Positions 44,493 through 53,848 of a stretch of DNA of 54,024 nt are shown here, piece after piece. Location: the sequence record NC_016765.1; one strand, given 5' to 3'. The stretch is from Pseudomonas phage PMG1. Positions within the stretch are counted from its first letter, which is position 1, and the number at the start of each line of letters is the position of its first letter. The notes under the pieces are model-generated. The model made no database searches. It saw only the letters and a program-made list of their open reading frames with translations, and had not been told where the DNA came from. Made by a program: the position numbers and the translations under genes.

Positions 44493-45829
44493 TCGAACTT
44501 CACAGCCTGGAGGCGGAGCACGGCGTGCTTGGCGCCATGCTCAAGCAGCCTCATCTGATCAGCGTTCTGTCGGAAGAGCTTTCCCCTGATGCGTTCGCAT
44601 ACAGCGTCAACGCAGACCTGTACCGGCTGATTCTTGATCTCGAGTCCGCCGGCACGCCGATTGACATCATCACCCTCGCAGAGGCCAAAGAGTTCCTTTG
44701 CGACGACACGCGCACGATGGCTTACGTCGGAGAAATTCTAACCAACATCGTCAGCGTGGCGAATGCCAAAGAGTACGCGCGGATCGTTCGTGAGCGAGCT
44801 ATCTCGCGCCAGATAGTTGATGTGGCCAGCGGGATCGAGGAGGTTGCCCATCAGAATTGCTCAATCGAAGACAAGATCGCTCAGGCTCAGGCCCTTGTAC
44901 TCGGTTTGGATGCGGGCGGTACTACCGGTGAGTGCCAAATGGTTGGAGACATTCTGCGCGACCACGTAGAGGTGCTTCAGGAGCGCCATGACCGAGCGCA
45001 GAAAGGCGATATGTTGGACGGTTTGAGCACCGGGATTCCCGACCTAGACCAATACACGCAAGGCCTGAAGTCTGGACAGATGATTGTCATTGCCGGCCGC
45101 CCTGCAATGGGTAAAACCACCCTGGCAATGAATATCGCAGCAGACGTGGCCATCAAGCAGGGAAGGCCTGTTCTGGTGGTCAGCCTTGAGATGACAAAGG
45201 CTCAATTGATGGATCGCCTGATCGCGGCTGTCGGAGGCATCTCTCTGCAAAACCTGAAAGATGGTTCCTGCACTCACAAAGATTACACCGAGCTCAACGC
45301 GGCAGTCCTCAAGCTCCGGGACGCAAAGATCGCCGTGAGCGACGTGCCTGTAATGACGATGCCGCGCATACGGTCCATCGCCCGCCGACAGAAGCATCGC
45401 ATGGGCGACCTGGGGCTGATCGTCATCGACTACCTAGGACTCGTAGAGGGCGATGGCAAGGGGCGTGTAGATGACGTAACCACCATGTCGCGTCAGATGA
45501 AGCTGTTGGCAAGGGAGATTGGGTGTCCTGTGCTTCCCCTCTGCCAGCTCAACCGAGGTTGCGAGTCTCGCCCCGACAAGCGTCCGGTCCTCAGCGACCT
45601 GCGCGAGTCCGGCGCCATTGAGCAAGACGCCGACATCGTCATGTTCGTGTACCGCGATGAAGTCTATTTCCCGAACAGCGACAGGAAGGGTATCGGCGAA
45701 ATCCTGATCCGGAAGAACCGGGACGGAGAGATCGGCAGCGTATTCACCTCCTTCCAGGGGAGCAAATCCCGATTCGTTCCTCTTGCAAGCCACTACCGCG
45801 AGCAGTCTGAGCAGAAGGAGGACTGGTGA
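44489..45829 (+). CDS. dnaB: replicative DNA helicase DnaB
   Basis: N-terminal DnaB domain, Walker A GRPAMGKTT, Walker B/RecA-like C-terminus. Confidence 0.9.
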   Translation: MIELHSLEAEHGVLGAMLKQPHLISVLSEELSPDAFAYSVNADLYRLILDLESAGTPIDIITLAEAKEFLCDDTRTMAYVGEILTNIVSVANAKEYARIVRERAISRQIVDVASGIEEVAHQNCSIEDKIAQAQALVLGLDAGGTTGECQMVGDILRDHVEVLQERHDRAQKGDMLDGLSTGIPDLDQYTQGLKSGQMIVIAGRPAMGKTTLAMNIAADVAIKQGRPVLVVSLEMTKAQLMDRLIAAVGGISLQNLKDGSCTHKDYTELNAAVLKLRDAKIAVSDVPVMTMPRIRSIARRQKHRMGDLGLIVIDYLGLVEGDGKGRVDDVTTMSRQMKLLAREIGCPVLPLCQLNRGCESRPDKRPVLSDLRESGAIEQDADIVMFVYRDEVYFPNSDRKGIGEILIRKNRDGEIGSVFTSFQGSKSRFVPLASHYREQSEQKEDW

Positions 45830-45948
45830 TGAAGCGCTCCTGGACCGTGATCGTAGGCAACAAGCGCTTCACGATGATTCTGATGGAGGACTGCGACCCG
45901 CTCGCGGTCGTGAAGAGCATTTGGCCTGAAGGGAGGATCGAGCAGTGA
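45829..45948 (+). CDS. small ORF (39 aa) coupled to dnaB
   Basis: ATGA overlap with dnaB stop; next gene starts GTGA-overlapped. Confidence 0.3.
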   Translation: MKRSWTVIVGNKRFTMILMEDCDPLAVVKSIWPEGRIEQ

Positions 45949-46454
45949 CGCCCGCAAAACAGGAGTCCCTCATGCAGGGACAGACCGGCATCGCTAAGAA
46001 GGTCTATGAGTGCGTACCGATCTCTGAGCCCTGGCGTTCGTTCCAGGTGCTCACAGCGCTCCGCAACATGACCGGAAGCACGCCGGACGTTCGGATTGTC
46101 CAGGGCTGTCTGCGCGATCTGGTCGATTCCGGACTGATCCGCCGCACTGGTACTGACCACTACCAACGAATCCAAGTCGAGAAAAAGACCAAGCCTCAGG
46201 AGCCGAAGATGGGCGAGCCCGCGAAGAAGATCGAAACCCAGTCCGAGCCGAAGCGCTCCGCCTCCCCGCTGGAGATGTTGGGCGAACTGGCAAACGAGCT
46301 CGCCGGCATGGCCGAACACATGAAGCGCCTGTCTGATCGCATCGAGGACGTCGCGCTGGCAGTTGAGCAGGAACGCGAATCGAACGCCAAGTCGATGGAA
46401 AGCTATCGCCAGCTCAAGGCACTACTGAAGAGCCTGCAAGGGGAGGGCGAGTGA
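45945..46454 (+). CDS. hypothetical protein (possible winged-helix N-terminus)
   Basis: 169 aa; C-terminal coiled-coil. Confidence 0.45.
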   Translation: MTPAKQESLMQGQTGIAKKVYECVPISEPWRSFQVLTALRNMTGSTPDVRIVQGCLRDLVDSGLIRRTGTDHYQRIQVEKKTKPQEPKMGEPAKKIETQSEPKRSASPLEMLGELANELAGMAEHMKRLSDRIEDVALAVEQERESNAKSMESYRQLKALLKSLQGEGE

Positions 46455-46455
46455 C

Positions 46456-46659
46456 ATGGATATCGTAGACATCGCCAACGATTACGCCGAGCGTGAACTC
46501 GCTGAACGCCTGTACTCCCGAGTCAAGTACGTCGGCGAGAGCCTGTCCGAATGTGAAGACTGCGGCGAGGAGATCCCGGTAGCGCGGCGGGAACTCGTTC
46601 CTGGGGTTCGGAAGTGCCTTTCTTGCCAGGAATACTTGGAGGAAATCAATGGACGCTGA
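46456..46659 (+). CDS. TraR/DksA-family C4 zinc-finger protein
   Basis: CEDCGEEIP...CLSCQ four-Cys finger in 67-aa protein. Confidence 0.6.
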   Translation: MDIVDIANDYAERELAERLYSRVKYVGESLSECEDCGEEIPVARRELVPGVRKCLSCQEYLEEINGR

Positions 46660-47281
46660 AAGCATCATCGGGCTTCGGGTGGGCAAGGTGGTTGTTGAAG
46701 CATTCTCCCACTGTGCCGGCAAGGCTTCCCATTGGGTTTGCCGTTGCGACTGCGGTAACCGAGTCATTATGCGCCGAGGAAATCTGATGAGAAACCGAAC
46801 TACGACCAGTTGCGGTTGCTCTCGGTTTTCTCACGGGATGACCGGAACTCCAACGTACAGCTCATGGAGCAACATGATTGATCGCTGTACGAATCCCTCT
46901 AACAAGCGATACGTCGACTACCAAGGCAGGGGAATCACTGTTTGTGAAAGGTGGATGACGTTCGCCAACTTCCTGGCTGATATGGGCGAAAGGCCAGACG
47001 CCACCTCCCTTGATCGAATTGACAACGACGCAGGTTACTTCAAGGAAAACTGCCGCTGGGCAACTGCCTTAGAACAGATGAATAACACTAGAAGAAACAC
47101 CTTCGTTGAGTATCTAGGTAGGCGGCAAACAGTTTCTCAGTGGGCAGGCCAGCTTGGAATTCCCGAATGCACTCTGCGCAGCCGGCTAAATCGTGGTTGG
47201 TCGATTGAAGATGCAATGCAGAAGCCTATCAGCAAGCAGCGCCGGGAGTGCAAGCAGAAGAAGGGAAAGCGCCATGGCTGA
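46649..47281 (+). CDS. zinc-ribbon plus HNH_3-like (degenerate) protein, paralog of 24787..25527
   Basis: WVCRCDCG...SCGC; TPTYSSWSNMIDRC; YVDYQGRGITVCERW; SLDRIDNDAGYFKENCRWATALEQMNN. Confidence 0.5.
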   Translation: MDAESIIGLRVGKVVVEAFSHCAGKASHWVCRCDCGNRVIMRRGNLMRNRTTTSCGCSRFSHGMTGTPTYSSWSNMIDRCTNPSNKRYVDYQGRGITVCERWMTFANFLADMGERPDATSLDRIDNDAGYFKENCRWATALEQMNNTRRNTFVEYLGRRQTVSQWAGQLGIPECTLRSRLNRGWSIEDAMQKPISKQRRECKQKKGKRHG

Positions 47282-47861
47282 ACTCGCTCTCATCCGCACC
47301 GCCCAGGGCCTGGTCCCGGCGACCGAGGCAGATCGCGAAACCGTTCAGAAGTGGAAGGCCGGCCAGGTCGTCCACGGGAAATTCACCCGGATGCGCAATG
47401 CCAAGTTCCACGGCAAGTTCTTCGCCATGCTGGATCTCGCATGGGAGTATTGGGAGCCGAAAGGTGGTCTTGTGCCGCGCCAGGAGATGCGCGGTATCCG
47501 TGGGCTGGCCAAGTACTTCGAGGATCTGAATGGCCGCCCTGGCCAATTGCAGAACGCCGTCGCCGCGTACATCGCCAAGCTTGAGGCCGATCGCGCCGAC
47601 CGCTTCCCCGCAGTCGAGAAGAGCCGAGAGGCTTTCCGGGAGTGGATCACCATCGAGGCCGGGCACTTCCACCTGATCCACACGCCTGACGGCGTTCGCA
47701 AGGAAGCCAAGTCGATCAGCTGGGCCAGCATGGACGATACGGCCTTTGAGCCTCTCTATCGGGATGTGTTCGCGGCCTGCTGGAGGCTGGTCCTTTCCTC
47801 TCACTTCGAAACCGAGGCTGACGCCATGGCGGCGGCTGATCAAATGGGGACTTTCGCATGA
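47274..47861 (+). CDS. DUF1367-family phage protein
   Basis: NAKFHGKFFAMLDLAWEYWEP matches DUF1367. Confidence 0.5.
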   Translation: MAELALIRTAQGLVPATEADRETVQKWKAGQVVHGKFTRMRNAKFHGKFFAMLDLAWEYWEPKGGLVPRQEMRGIRGLAKYFEDLNGRPGQLQNAVAAYIAKLEADRADRFPAVEKSREAFREWITIEAGHFHLIHTPDGVRKEAKSISWASMDDTAFEPLYRDVFAACWRLVLSSHFETEADAMAAADQMGTFA

Positions 47862-48121
47862 GCAAGTTCAAGCCTGGCGATCTCGCTCTTAATCTGCAAG
47901 ACATCCCCAGCTGCATCAGTGCGGGAGTGGTAGTCGAGTTGATGTCTCGACTTGCCCCTGGTGATCTGTTTGCCGAAGACGGCCAGACCTTTCGGGTGAT
48001 TCGGCCAGCTTGGTGGGTGCTCCATGAAGGAGACCGGCTCTACATACCTGAACGGTATCTCATGCCCCTGCGCGGCGACTTCCAGCCCGAGCAGCAGAAG
48101 GCGAAGGAGGTGGAGGCATGA
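47858..48121 (+). CDS. hypothetical protein
   Basis: ATGA-coupled, 87 aa. Confidence 0.4.
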   Translation: MSKFKPGDLALNLQDIPSCISAGVVVELMSRLAPGDLFAEDGQTFRVIRPAWWVLHEGDRLYIPERYLMPLRGDFQPEQQKAKEVEA

Positions 48122-48483
48122 GCTACTGCCGTTGGAGCAGCGATGATTTCCAGTGCGATGTTTACGTCTACGAAAGCGTAGCCGGTGGCTTTGTGACTCA
48201 AGTGGCTGCCAATAGGGTGGTTTTCAAGGAGGAGCTTCCTGCCCCGCTTCCTTTCGAGCCTGAATACGTGAAGGAATACCTGGAGCGTCACCACAAGGTG
48301 ATGGCGATGGTTGGTGCGTCTGACCGTGTGCAGATTGGCCTCCCGCATGACGGCGATAGCTTCGATGATGCCGATCAAGAGGCCTGCGCAGACCGGCTTG
48401 AGTATCTGAAAGGGCTTGGCTATCGCGTTCCGCAGTACGCCATTGACGCACTGCGCGAGGAAGCAGAGGAGGGCATTGCATGA
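48118..48483 (+). CDS. hypothetical protein
   Basis: ATGA-coupled, 121 aa. Confidence 0.4.
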   Translation: MSYCRWSSDDFQCDVYVYESVAGGFVTQVAANRVVFKEELPAPLPFEPEYVKEYLERHHKVMAMVGASDRVQIGLPHDGDSFDDADQEACADRLEYLKGLGYRVPQYAIDALREEAEEGIA

Positions 48484-49076
48484 CGCTTCCCGTCCGCAGT
48501 TCGAAGCCCAGGAAGTGCCAGAACCCAGCCTGCGGCAAAGAGTTCATCCCGCAGCGCCTTGGCCAGTGCGTGTGCTCTCCTGCCTGCGCCCTGGCCATCA
48601 AGGACAAACACTCCAAGCCGGCGCGGAAGGCAATCGCAGACCGCGAGAGGCGAGAGGTCAGGGTTCGGAAGGAGAAGTTGAAGAGTCGGTCGGATCACCT
48701 GCGCGAGGCTCAGCAGGCGTTCAACGAGTTCATTCGGTGGCGCGACCGCATCGCCGGTCACGCCTGCATCTCCAGCGGCCTGCCCCTGGATTGGTCTGGA
48801 AACCAGACGGATGCCGGGCACTACAGGTCGACCGGAGCCGCGCCGCATCTCCGCTTTAACGAGAACAACTGCCACGCCCAGCGGAAGCTGGATAACCGCT
48901 ATCTCTCCGGCAATGCAGTGGATTACCGGGTCGGCCTGATCGCTCGGATCGGTCTGGCCGCTGTCGAGGAGTTGGAGGCGGACAACTCCGTCCGCAAGTA
49001 CACCGTAGAAGACCTGAAGGCCATCAAGGCCCACTACCGCGCCAAGGTGCGCGAGCTGAAGAAGAGGATCGCCTAA
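48480..49076 (+). CDS. ninG: NinG/Rap-family recombination protein
   Basis: N-terminal CQNPACGKEF...CSPAC zinc cluster and basic tail as in lambda NinG. Confidence 0.65.
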   Translation: MTLPVRSSKPRKCQNPACGKEFIPQRLGQCVCSPACALAIKDKHSKPARKAIADRERREVRVRKEKLKSRSDHLREAQQAFNEFIRWRDRIAGHACISSGLPLDWSGNQTDAGHYRSTGAAPHLRFNENNCHAQRKLDNRYLSGNAVDYRVGLIARIGLAAVEELEADNSVRKYTVEDLKAIKAHYRAKVRELKKRIA

Positions 49077-49393
49077 TGCAAACCGCCATCTCGATCATTA
49101 TTAGCATGACGCTGAGCCTTTCCCTGCTGTCCGGCGTAGCGCAGCTGTCACAATTCGCCTTCTACGTCTGCGTCATCATGAACGTGCTGGCCTGGATAGG
49201 CGTGCTCTGCGGCATGGTCAAGGACGAAATCAGCCAGCGAATCCGCCGGACCTTCTGGATTCAACTCCTTCCCTCAATTTTTTACGTTTACGCGCTGATC
49301 TTCAGTGGGCATCCCGTGCTCGGCGCATCTGCCTTCATGGTGCAATTCCTGATCGTCGCCACCGCCTTCCGAAAGGAGGCGAAACCTGCATGA
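49076..49393 (+). CDS. membrane protein (3-4 TM), unknown
   Basis: ATGA-coupled to ninG; hydrophobic 105 aa. Confidence 0.45.
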   Translation: MQTAISIIISMTLSLSLLSGVAQLSQFAFYVCVIMNVLAWIGVLCGMVKDEISQRIRRTFWIQLLPSIFYVYALIFSGHPVLGASAFMVQFLIVATAFRKEAKPA

Positions 49394-49460
49394 CACTGGC
49401 CGAATACGTATCCCAGCAATGGGTAATCCTTCGAGAGTACGGGCTGATTAAGGGGGAAGC

Positions 49461-50039
49461 ATGATCTACACCAGCATTCTGTCAGCGGTCGTCTCCGCCC
49501 TGGCGGCGGAAACCATCGACAACACTGCTAAGCAAGCTTGGCAGAAGCTCTACCAGCCGGGTTACGCCGAAAGTGAGGGGTTGGCAGGGCTGATCAGGGC
49601 CTCTAACAGTTCGGGAATCAAGCGCATCGATGCCGATTGCTGGGTGCATGCCAGGCTACACAGCCAGCTAAAGCCTCGGCACTGGAACGCATTGGTGGCC
49701 AAGTACAGTACTCACAAGGGCAAGAAGGTCCAAGCTATCAGTGCATTGGCCCCGGTGATCGCTAGCCATGCTCCGCAACTGTTCGTGATGAAAGCCGTAA
49801 CCGCATGGGCGATCCCGCAGATGAAGGGGGTTGATGGAAAGCGCTCCACCGACATGATCGTCCTTCCTCAGCATTTCTACGACATCAACTCCTGGGACTC
49901 TCAGGGGCTGAACCGGACGACCTATTGGAGGTGGAAGAGGGGGGTAGAACGCACATTGGACGAAATGATCAACGAGGCATTGACTGAATCGGAGAATATT
50001 CTTCGAATGGAAGGTGTTTTGGTTGCAGATGTGGCTTGA
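49461..50039 (+). CDS. hypothetical protein at the position of a late-gene regulator (Q-like by position only)
   Basis: SD AAGGGGGAAG; 192 aa; followed by promoter-like TTGACA and hairpin-U tract. Confidence 0.4.
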   Translation: MIYTSILSAVVSALAAETIDNTAKQAWQKLYQPGYAESEGLAGLIRASNSSGIKRIDADCWVHARLHSQLKPRHWNALVAKYSTHKGKKVQAISALAPVIASHAPQLFVMKAVTAWAIPQMKGVDGKRSTDMIVLPQHFYDINSWDSQGLNRTTYWRWKRGVERTLDEMINEALTESENILRMEGVLVADVA

Positions 50040-50150
50040 CATTTGCGCAACCGTGCAACAAACTTTTCCCATCCTGCTGATCTTGCGCGTTTGAGGATTG
50101 GCAGCTTTGAAGCCCTGGCATCTGCCGGGGCTTTCTGTTTCGACGCAGGG
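50036..50150 (+). promoter_or_regulatory. candidate late promoter plus hairpin/U-tract (qut/tR'-like region)
   Basis: TTGACA at 50036 overlapping upstream stop; AAGCCC...GGGCTT hairpin followed by TCTGTTTCG at ~50110-50150. Confidence 0.3.
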
Positions 50151-50164
50151 TGGAGAAGTGGTAG

Positions 50165-50599
50165 ATGGAGAAGGAGTGCACCAAGTGCGGCACCCTAAAA
50201 CCATTGGCCCAATTCCCTCTCAGAGGTGAAGGTCGTCGGCATTCCCAATGCAACGCCTGTAAGGCTTTCGCTACAAAGCTGCACTACCAGAGAAATAAAG
50301 AGGCGTATGTGCGACGGGCGAAAGCCAGAAAGTCAGCACTCAAGGATGATTTTAGAAAGCTGGTTGACGACCTTAAAAGCCATCCGTGCGGCGATTGCGG
50401 CCATAGCTTCCCGCCATTCGTGATGGACTTCGATCACCGCGAAGGTGAGTTGAAGATTGATAATGTTGCGAATCTTGTTGCCAGCCCTCACAGCATGAAA
50501 AAGCTGTTAGAGGAAATAGCGAAATGCGATCTAGTCTGTGCAAACTGCCACCGAATCAGGACGCATGCGCGCCGCCACAAACCAGCACCTAGCGCATAA
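50165..50599 (+). CDS. HNH endonuclease-like protein (low GC)
   Basis: CGDCGHSF...FDHREGE...N...CANCH zinc/HNH layout; ~50% GC. Confidence 0.5.
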   Translation: MEKECTKCGTLKPLAQFPLRGEGRRHSQCNACKAFATKLHYQRNKEAYVRRAKARKSALKDDFRKLVDDLKSHPCGDCGHSFPPFVMDFDHREGELKIDNVANLVASPHSMKKLLEEIAKCDLVCANCHRIRTHARRHKPAPSA

Positions 50600-50916
50600 G
50601 TCAGCCCTTGCTACCAAATCCCTTCGGGTTGCGACTACGCGGCTGGGGATCGCCTTGGACACGCAGGCGTTAAATTGAAGTGGGAGCCGGTGGAAGCCCG
50701 GCACGGAGTGAATGCGCAGGCTGATGCGCTAAGAGGATACGCGGCGGCAACGTTCAGTGGGCGTTATGGCCAGTTCACCGCCATGTCGGATTCAGCCCCG
50801 GTCACTCCAAATCACGCATGCGGCAGAAGAAAGCAAGGGTCACCACTGGTGATCAAGGCGAAAGCCCCGGCTCCTTGCTCTGCGGGCGTGACGCCGGGTT
50901 CGCCGGCACCTATTCC

Positions 50917-50992
<76 letters not shown>

Positions 50993-51048
50993 GACTACAA
51001 GACCCAGCCTGGACCAAGCCTTTCGCGCTACCGCGCTTGGAGAAGCAC

Positions 51049-51252
51049 GTGAAAAGTGAATACCGTCAAGCTGTTGAGTCCGTTATCGCTCAAGAGAAAA
51101 AGCTGGCCGAGATTGAGGATATGTATGCTTCGGCGGCCGCCCAAGAGCGGAGGTTGGCTGAAGATCTGCGACTCAACCGAGAGACACTTTCCAGATATGA
51201 GGATCGTGTAGCTGAGATTGAGTCGCAGATTCTCGGCTCCGAGCGGACCTAG
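51049..51252 (+). CDS. small coiled-coil ORF (68 aa) downstream of tRNA
   Basis: GTG with GGAGAAG upstream; the longer 50818 ORF is excluded because it overlaps the tRNA. Confidence 0.3.
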   Translation: MKSEYRQAVESVIAQEKKLAEIEDMYASAAAQERRLAEDLRLNRETLSRYEDRVAEIESQILGSERT

Positions 51253-51552
51253 CTAGAAGCCGAGGTAGGAGTCCAGCAGCGCGGGGTACTGGATCGGACC
51301 TTTCGTGGCCTTCTCTCGATTGGACACATCGATAACCACCATTATGTCTTTGGTTGCGTTGAACTCGCTGCCGGTGTACAGCTCAGAGCAAAGTCTTTGG
51401 GCTGTGTAGTCCAACTCGAAGCAATAGAAAGAGGTTGTCTCATCCCAGTGCTTGTAATTGGTTAACTCATTGATTTTCTTTTTAAAAGAACTATATCGAG
51501 ACTGGTAGGTATCATCGGCCTTGATTTGAAACGTGACAATGAAGTTTGCCAT
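51253..51552 (-). CDS. hypothetical protein (99 aa), AT-rich antisense moron
   Basis: only minus-strand gene in a plus-strand block; ~47% GC; product MANFIVTFQIKADDTYQSRYSSFKKKINEL... Confidence 0.5.
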   Translation of the reverse strand: MANFIVTFQIKADDTYQSRYSSFKKKINELTNYKHWDETTSFYCFELDYTAQRLCSELYTGSEFNATKDIMVVIDVSNREKATKGPIQYPALLDSYLGF

Positions 51553-51605
51553 GGGTCCGTCCTGTTTCGTGGTGTAGGAATCGCGAGGATAGCACGGGGC
51601 CATCC

Positions 51606-51632
51606 CCGCCCTTCGGCGGGTTTTTCTTCGTG
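51606..51632 (+). terminator. plus-strand rho-independent terminator
   Basis: CCCGCC-cttc-GGCGGG followed by TTTTTCTTCG. Confidence 0.5.
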
Positions 51633-51692
51633 AGAGCCACACTACAAGGCCCAGGCAATGACCTGGGCTTTCTGCATCTGGAGTACGTGAAT

Positions 51693-52061
51693 ATGGCCGA
51701 GCCGAGTGGTGCGGTAGCAGTCGCCGGCTTGGTCGGTATTGGTGCGTCTGCGTTGATCCCTGGCATTGATGCCAATGCAGTGATCGGGTCTTTTGCTGGG
51801 GCTATCTTCTTCGTGGTGTATGCCAAGGACATCTCGGCCTGGGCTCGCCTTGGTTACTTCGCTGCGTCCTGGATCGTTGGCTACTACGTCGCCGGCGAAT
51901 TCATCGGGCGGGAGTGGGCAAGAACATCGGGCCTGGTCGCCTTTGGTGGGGCATTGTTCTGCGTCGCAGTGGGCACCAGCTTGCTGGAGTGGGTGCAGGG
52001 GGGGAAGACGCCTGGTTGGCTCCGCTTCATAGCGGACCGCTTTGGAGGTCGTAATGGTTGA
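51693..52061 (+). CDS. putative holin (3 TM)
   Basis: 122 aa, three TM helices, charged C-terminus; first gene after terminator in late block. Confidence 0.5.
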   Translation: MAEPSGAVAVAGLVGIGASALIPGIDANAVIGSFAGAIFFVVYAKDISAWARLGYFAASWIVGYYVAGEFIGREWARTSGLVAFGGALFCVAVGTSLLEWVQGGKTPGWLRFIADRFGGRNG

Positions 52062-52338
52062 CCCTTGGACTCTGGTGGCTGCGATGATTTGCGGCGCTAT
52101 CTGCATGCGGCTGGCGACATACCGCCGGCAAGGCGCGAGGTATCGCCGGGGAGTGTCTTGGCTCGCATACCTGCTGTGCGTTGGTAGTGGGTGTTTTGCC
52201 CTGAGCGTGATGCTCGATGCACTCCACGGCTACAGACTGAATCCTGTCTCCCCTTGGCTGACCCTGGTCCTGGCAATCCTGCTCGGCCTTGTGTGTCGTG
52301 CGCGGGGGAATCTTGCCCACATTCTGAGGGTGTACTGA
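52054..52338 (+). CDS. membrane protein (possible second holin/antiholin)
   Basis: SD GGAGG; 94 aa, 2-3 TM, dual-Met-like N-terminus. Confidence 0.45.
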   Translation: MVDPWTLVAAMICGAICMRLATYRRQGARYRRGVSWLAYLLCVGSGCFALSVMLDALHGYRLNPVSPWLTLVLAILLGLVCRARGNLAHILRVY

Positions 52339-52571
52339 TGGATGCTCCGCTTCTACTGAAGAACACCGGCACATCCCTGATTTTGTGTGACAGCAACGGG
52401 AAGCCGCTCCCTGGCCAGCTTTCGTTGAGCGTCAGCAACGATGGTCCTGTTCCAACCGTCACGGTCACGTTCGCACTCGTTAACAAGCGGGTGAGGCTCT
52501 GCGGCGAAGAGATGGAGTCGCGCATCTCATACGATGCGTATCTTGAGACAATTAAGGGAAGGCGCAGCTGA
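52338..52571 (+). CDS. hypothetical protein
   Basis: ATGA-coupled, 77 aa. Confidence 0.4.
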   Translation: MDAPLLLKNTGTSLILCDSNGKPLPGQLSLSVSNDGPVPTVTVTFALVNKRVRLCGEEMESRISYDAYLETIKGRRS

Positions 52572-52699
52572 TGACCAAGTGCACCTTCTGCAACAAGACA
52601 CGAGAATGGGCGAAGAAGTGGGCTCGTGTTGCGGTAGAGCGCGCGGCCTCTGCTATGGCTGCTAAGCCGAAGCGATCTGGAGTGGATGATGAACGATAG
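52571..52699 (+). CDS. small Cys-containing ORF (42 aa)
   Basis: ATGA-coupled; CTFC motif. Confidence 0.3.
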   Translation: MTKCTFCNKTREWAKKWARVAVERAASAMAAKPKRSGVDDER

Positions 52700-53048
52700 C
52701 CAGAAGTCTCTATTGGTGCTCAGTACGGGCCTCGCCCTGTCCCAGGAGAAGGTCGACCGTATATCTGAGTCTATCCAGCCGCTGGCAGAAAGCCTTGGCT
52801 GTAGGGCTTTGGTCCTGAACAACGGACTTCAGGCTGGGATTCACAGCGACATTCGACCATTGCTCGGAGACTTGCTCGATGAGCAGCGCAAGACCAATCA
52901 GCTATTGCACCTCCTGATCCAAGCTCTCGCCGAAGATGGCGAGGATCCTGAAGCCATGCCTGCCAGCTATCTGGATGGAACATCAATCCAAGGGCATCAG
53001 CCGGTACGCAGTAATAGCCTTTTGGCAACACCGCCAGGGGAACGATGA
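52686..53048 (+). CDS. hypothetical protein
   Basis: 120 aa. Confidence 0.4.
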   Translation: MMNDSQKSLLVLSTGLALSQEKVDRISESIQPLAESLGCRALVLNNGLQAGIHSDIRPLLGDLLDEQRKTNQLLHLLIQALAEDGEDPEAMPASYLDGTSIQGHQPVRSNSLLATPPGER

Positions 53049-53299
53049 TGTCGACGTTTATGGGCTCCGCCAGGGAAACCCAGATAGCTGCTGTTCGAGT
53101 CCGCCGCGGATGGTTCGGCAAGCTGATTGTCCAGGTTCGCTACAAGATCGAGCGCCCCGAAAGCCCGCTCCCTGGACGGGAGTTGATCTACCACGTATGC
53201 GGGCTATCCCGTTGGCGAGATGCCAACGCAAATGATTTCGCCGAAGCCCTGATGGTCGCGAAGCTCATCGGGATGTCTGATGAAGGAAAGCCGACATGA
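53045..53299 (+). CDS. hypothetical protein
   Basis: coupled, 84 aa. Confidence 0.4.
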   Translation: MMSTFMGSARETQIAAVRVRRGWFGKLIVQVRYKIERPESPLPGRELIYHVCGLSRWRDANANDFAEALMVAKLIGMSDEGKPT

Positions 53300-53541
53300 A
53301 GAACCGTCCAATTCCTGCTGGCGTCGAGATCAACCCCGGTCGTGCCTGGGCCCGCGATGACGTAACCGGATACAGCGAAGAAGTAGAGAGCGCGATAAAG
53401 ATTCTGGAACCCCTACTGCGATCTGGCCTCCTGGCTCTCCATCCTGATGAATGGCAGGGTGGCAAGCTCTCATTCCTCAGGCCAGCACAAGCCAGGCTTC
53501 AAGGTTGGACTCCGCCGAATCGGGAGCGCCTCAATGCCTGA
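53296..53541 (+). CDS. hypothetical protein
   Basis: ATGA-coupled, 81 aa. Confidence 0.4.
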   Translation: MKNRPIPAGVEINPGRAWARDDVTGYSEEVESAIKILEPLLRSGLLALHPDEWQGGKLSFLRPAQARLQGWTPPNRERLNA

Positions 53542-53848
53542 CCTCCCTCAGCGTCACACCAAGCCAAAGGCCAAGGGAGTGACCAAGCACGAGGTAGAGG
53601 ACAAAGCATGGGGGAATGGGCGCGGTGGCAGGCCGTGGCGCCGCAAGCGTGAGCGCATCCTCAAGCGAGATGGCTACATGTGCCAGTGCTCAGAGTGCAA
53701 GGGAGTGAAGAGGATCGCCACAGAGGTGGACCACATCATCCCGCTGAGCCAAGGCGGCACTGATGATGACTCGAACCTGATGGCTATTGCTGGCCACCCA
53801 TGTCATGCGAGGAAGACGGCGAGGGAGTCGGCGGCATCTAGGAGATAG
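53534..53848 (+). CDS. HNH endonuclease (terminase-associated)
   Basis: CQCSEC...VDHIIPLSQGGTDDDSNLMAIAGHPCHARKT = HNH motif; located just upstream of terS across the window ends. Confidence 0.7.
   Translation: MPDLPQRHTKPKAKGVTKHEVEDKAWGNGRGGRPWRRKRERILKRDGYMCQCSECKGVKRIATEVDHIIPLSQGGTDDDSNLMAIAGHPCHARKTARESAASRR

Noticed and set aside
50835-50916. Second tRNA-like stretch (GCCGGGTTCGCCGGC) just upstream of tRNA-Gly
   Set aside because: T-loop would be 5 nt, no acceptor pairing and no CCA; does not fold as a tRNA
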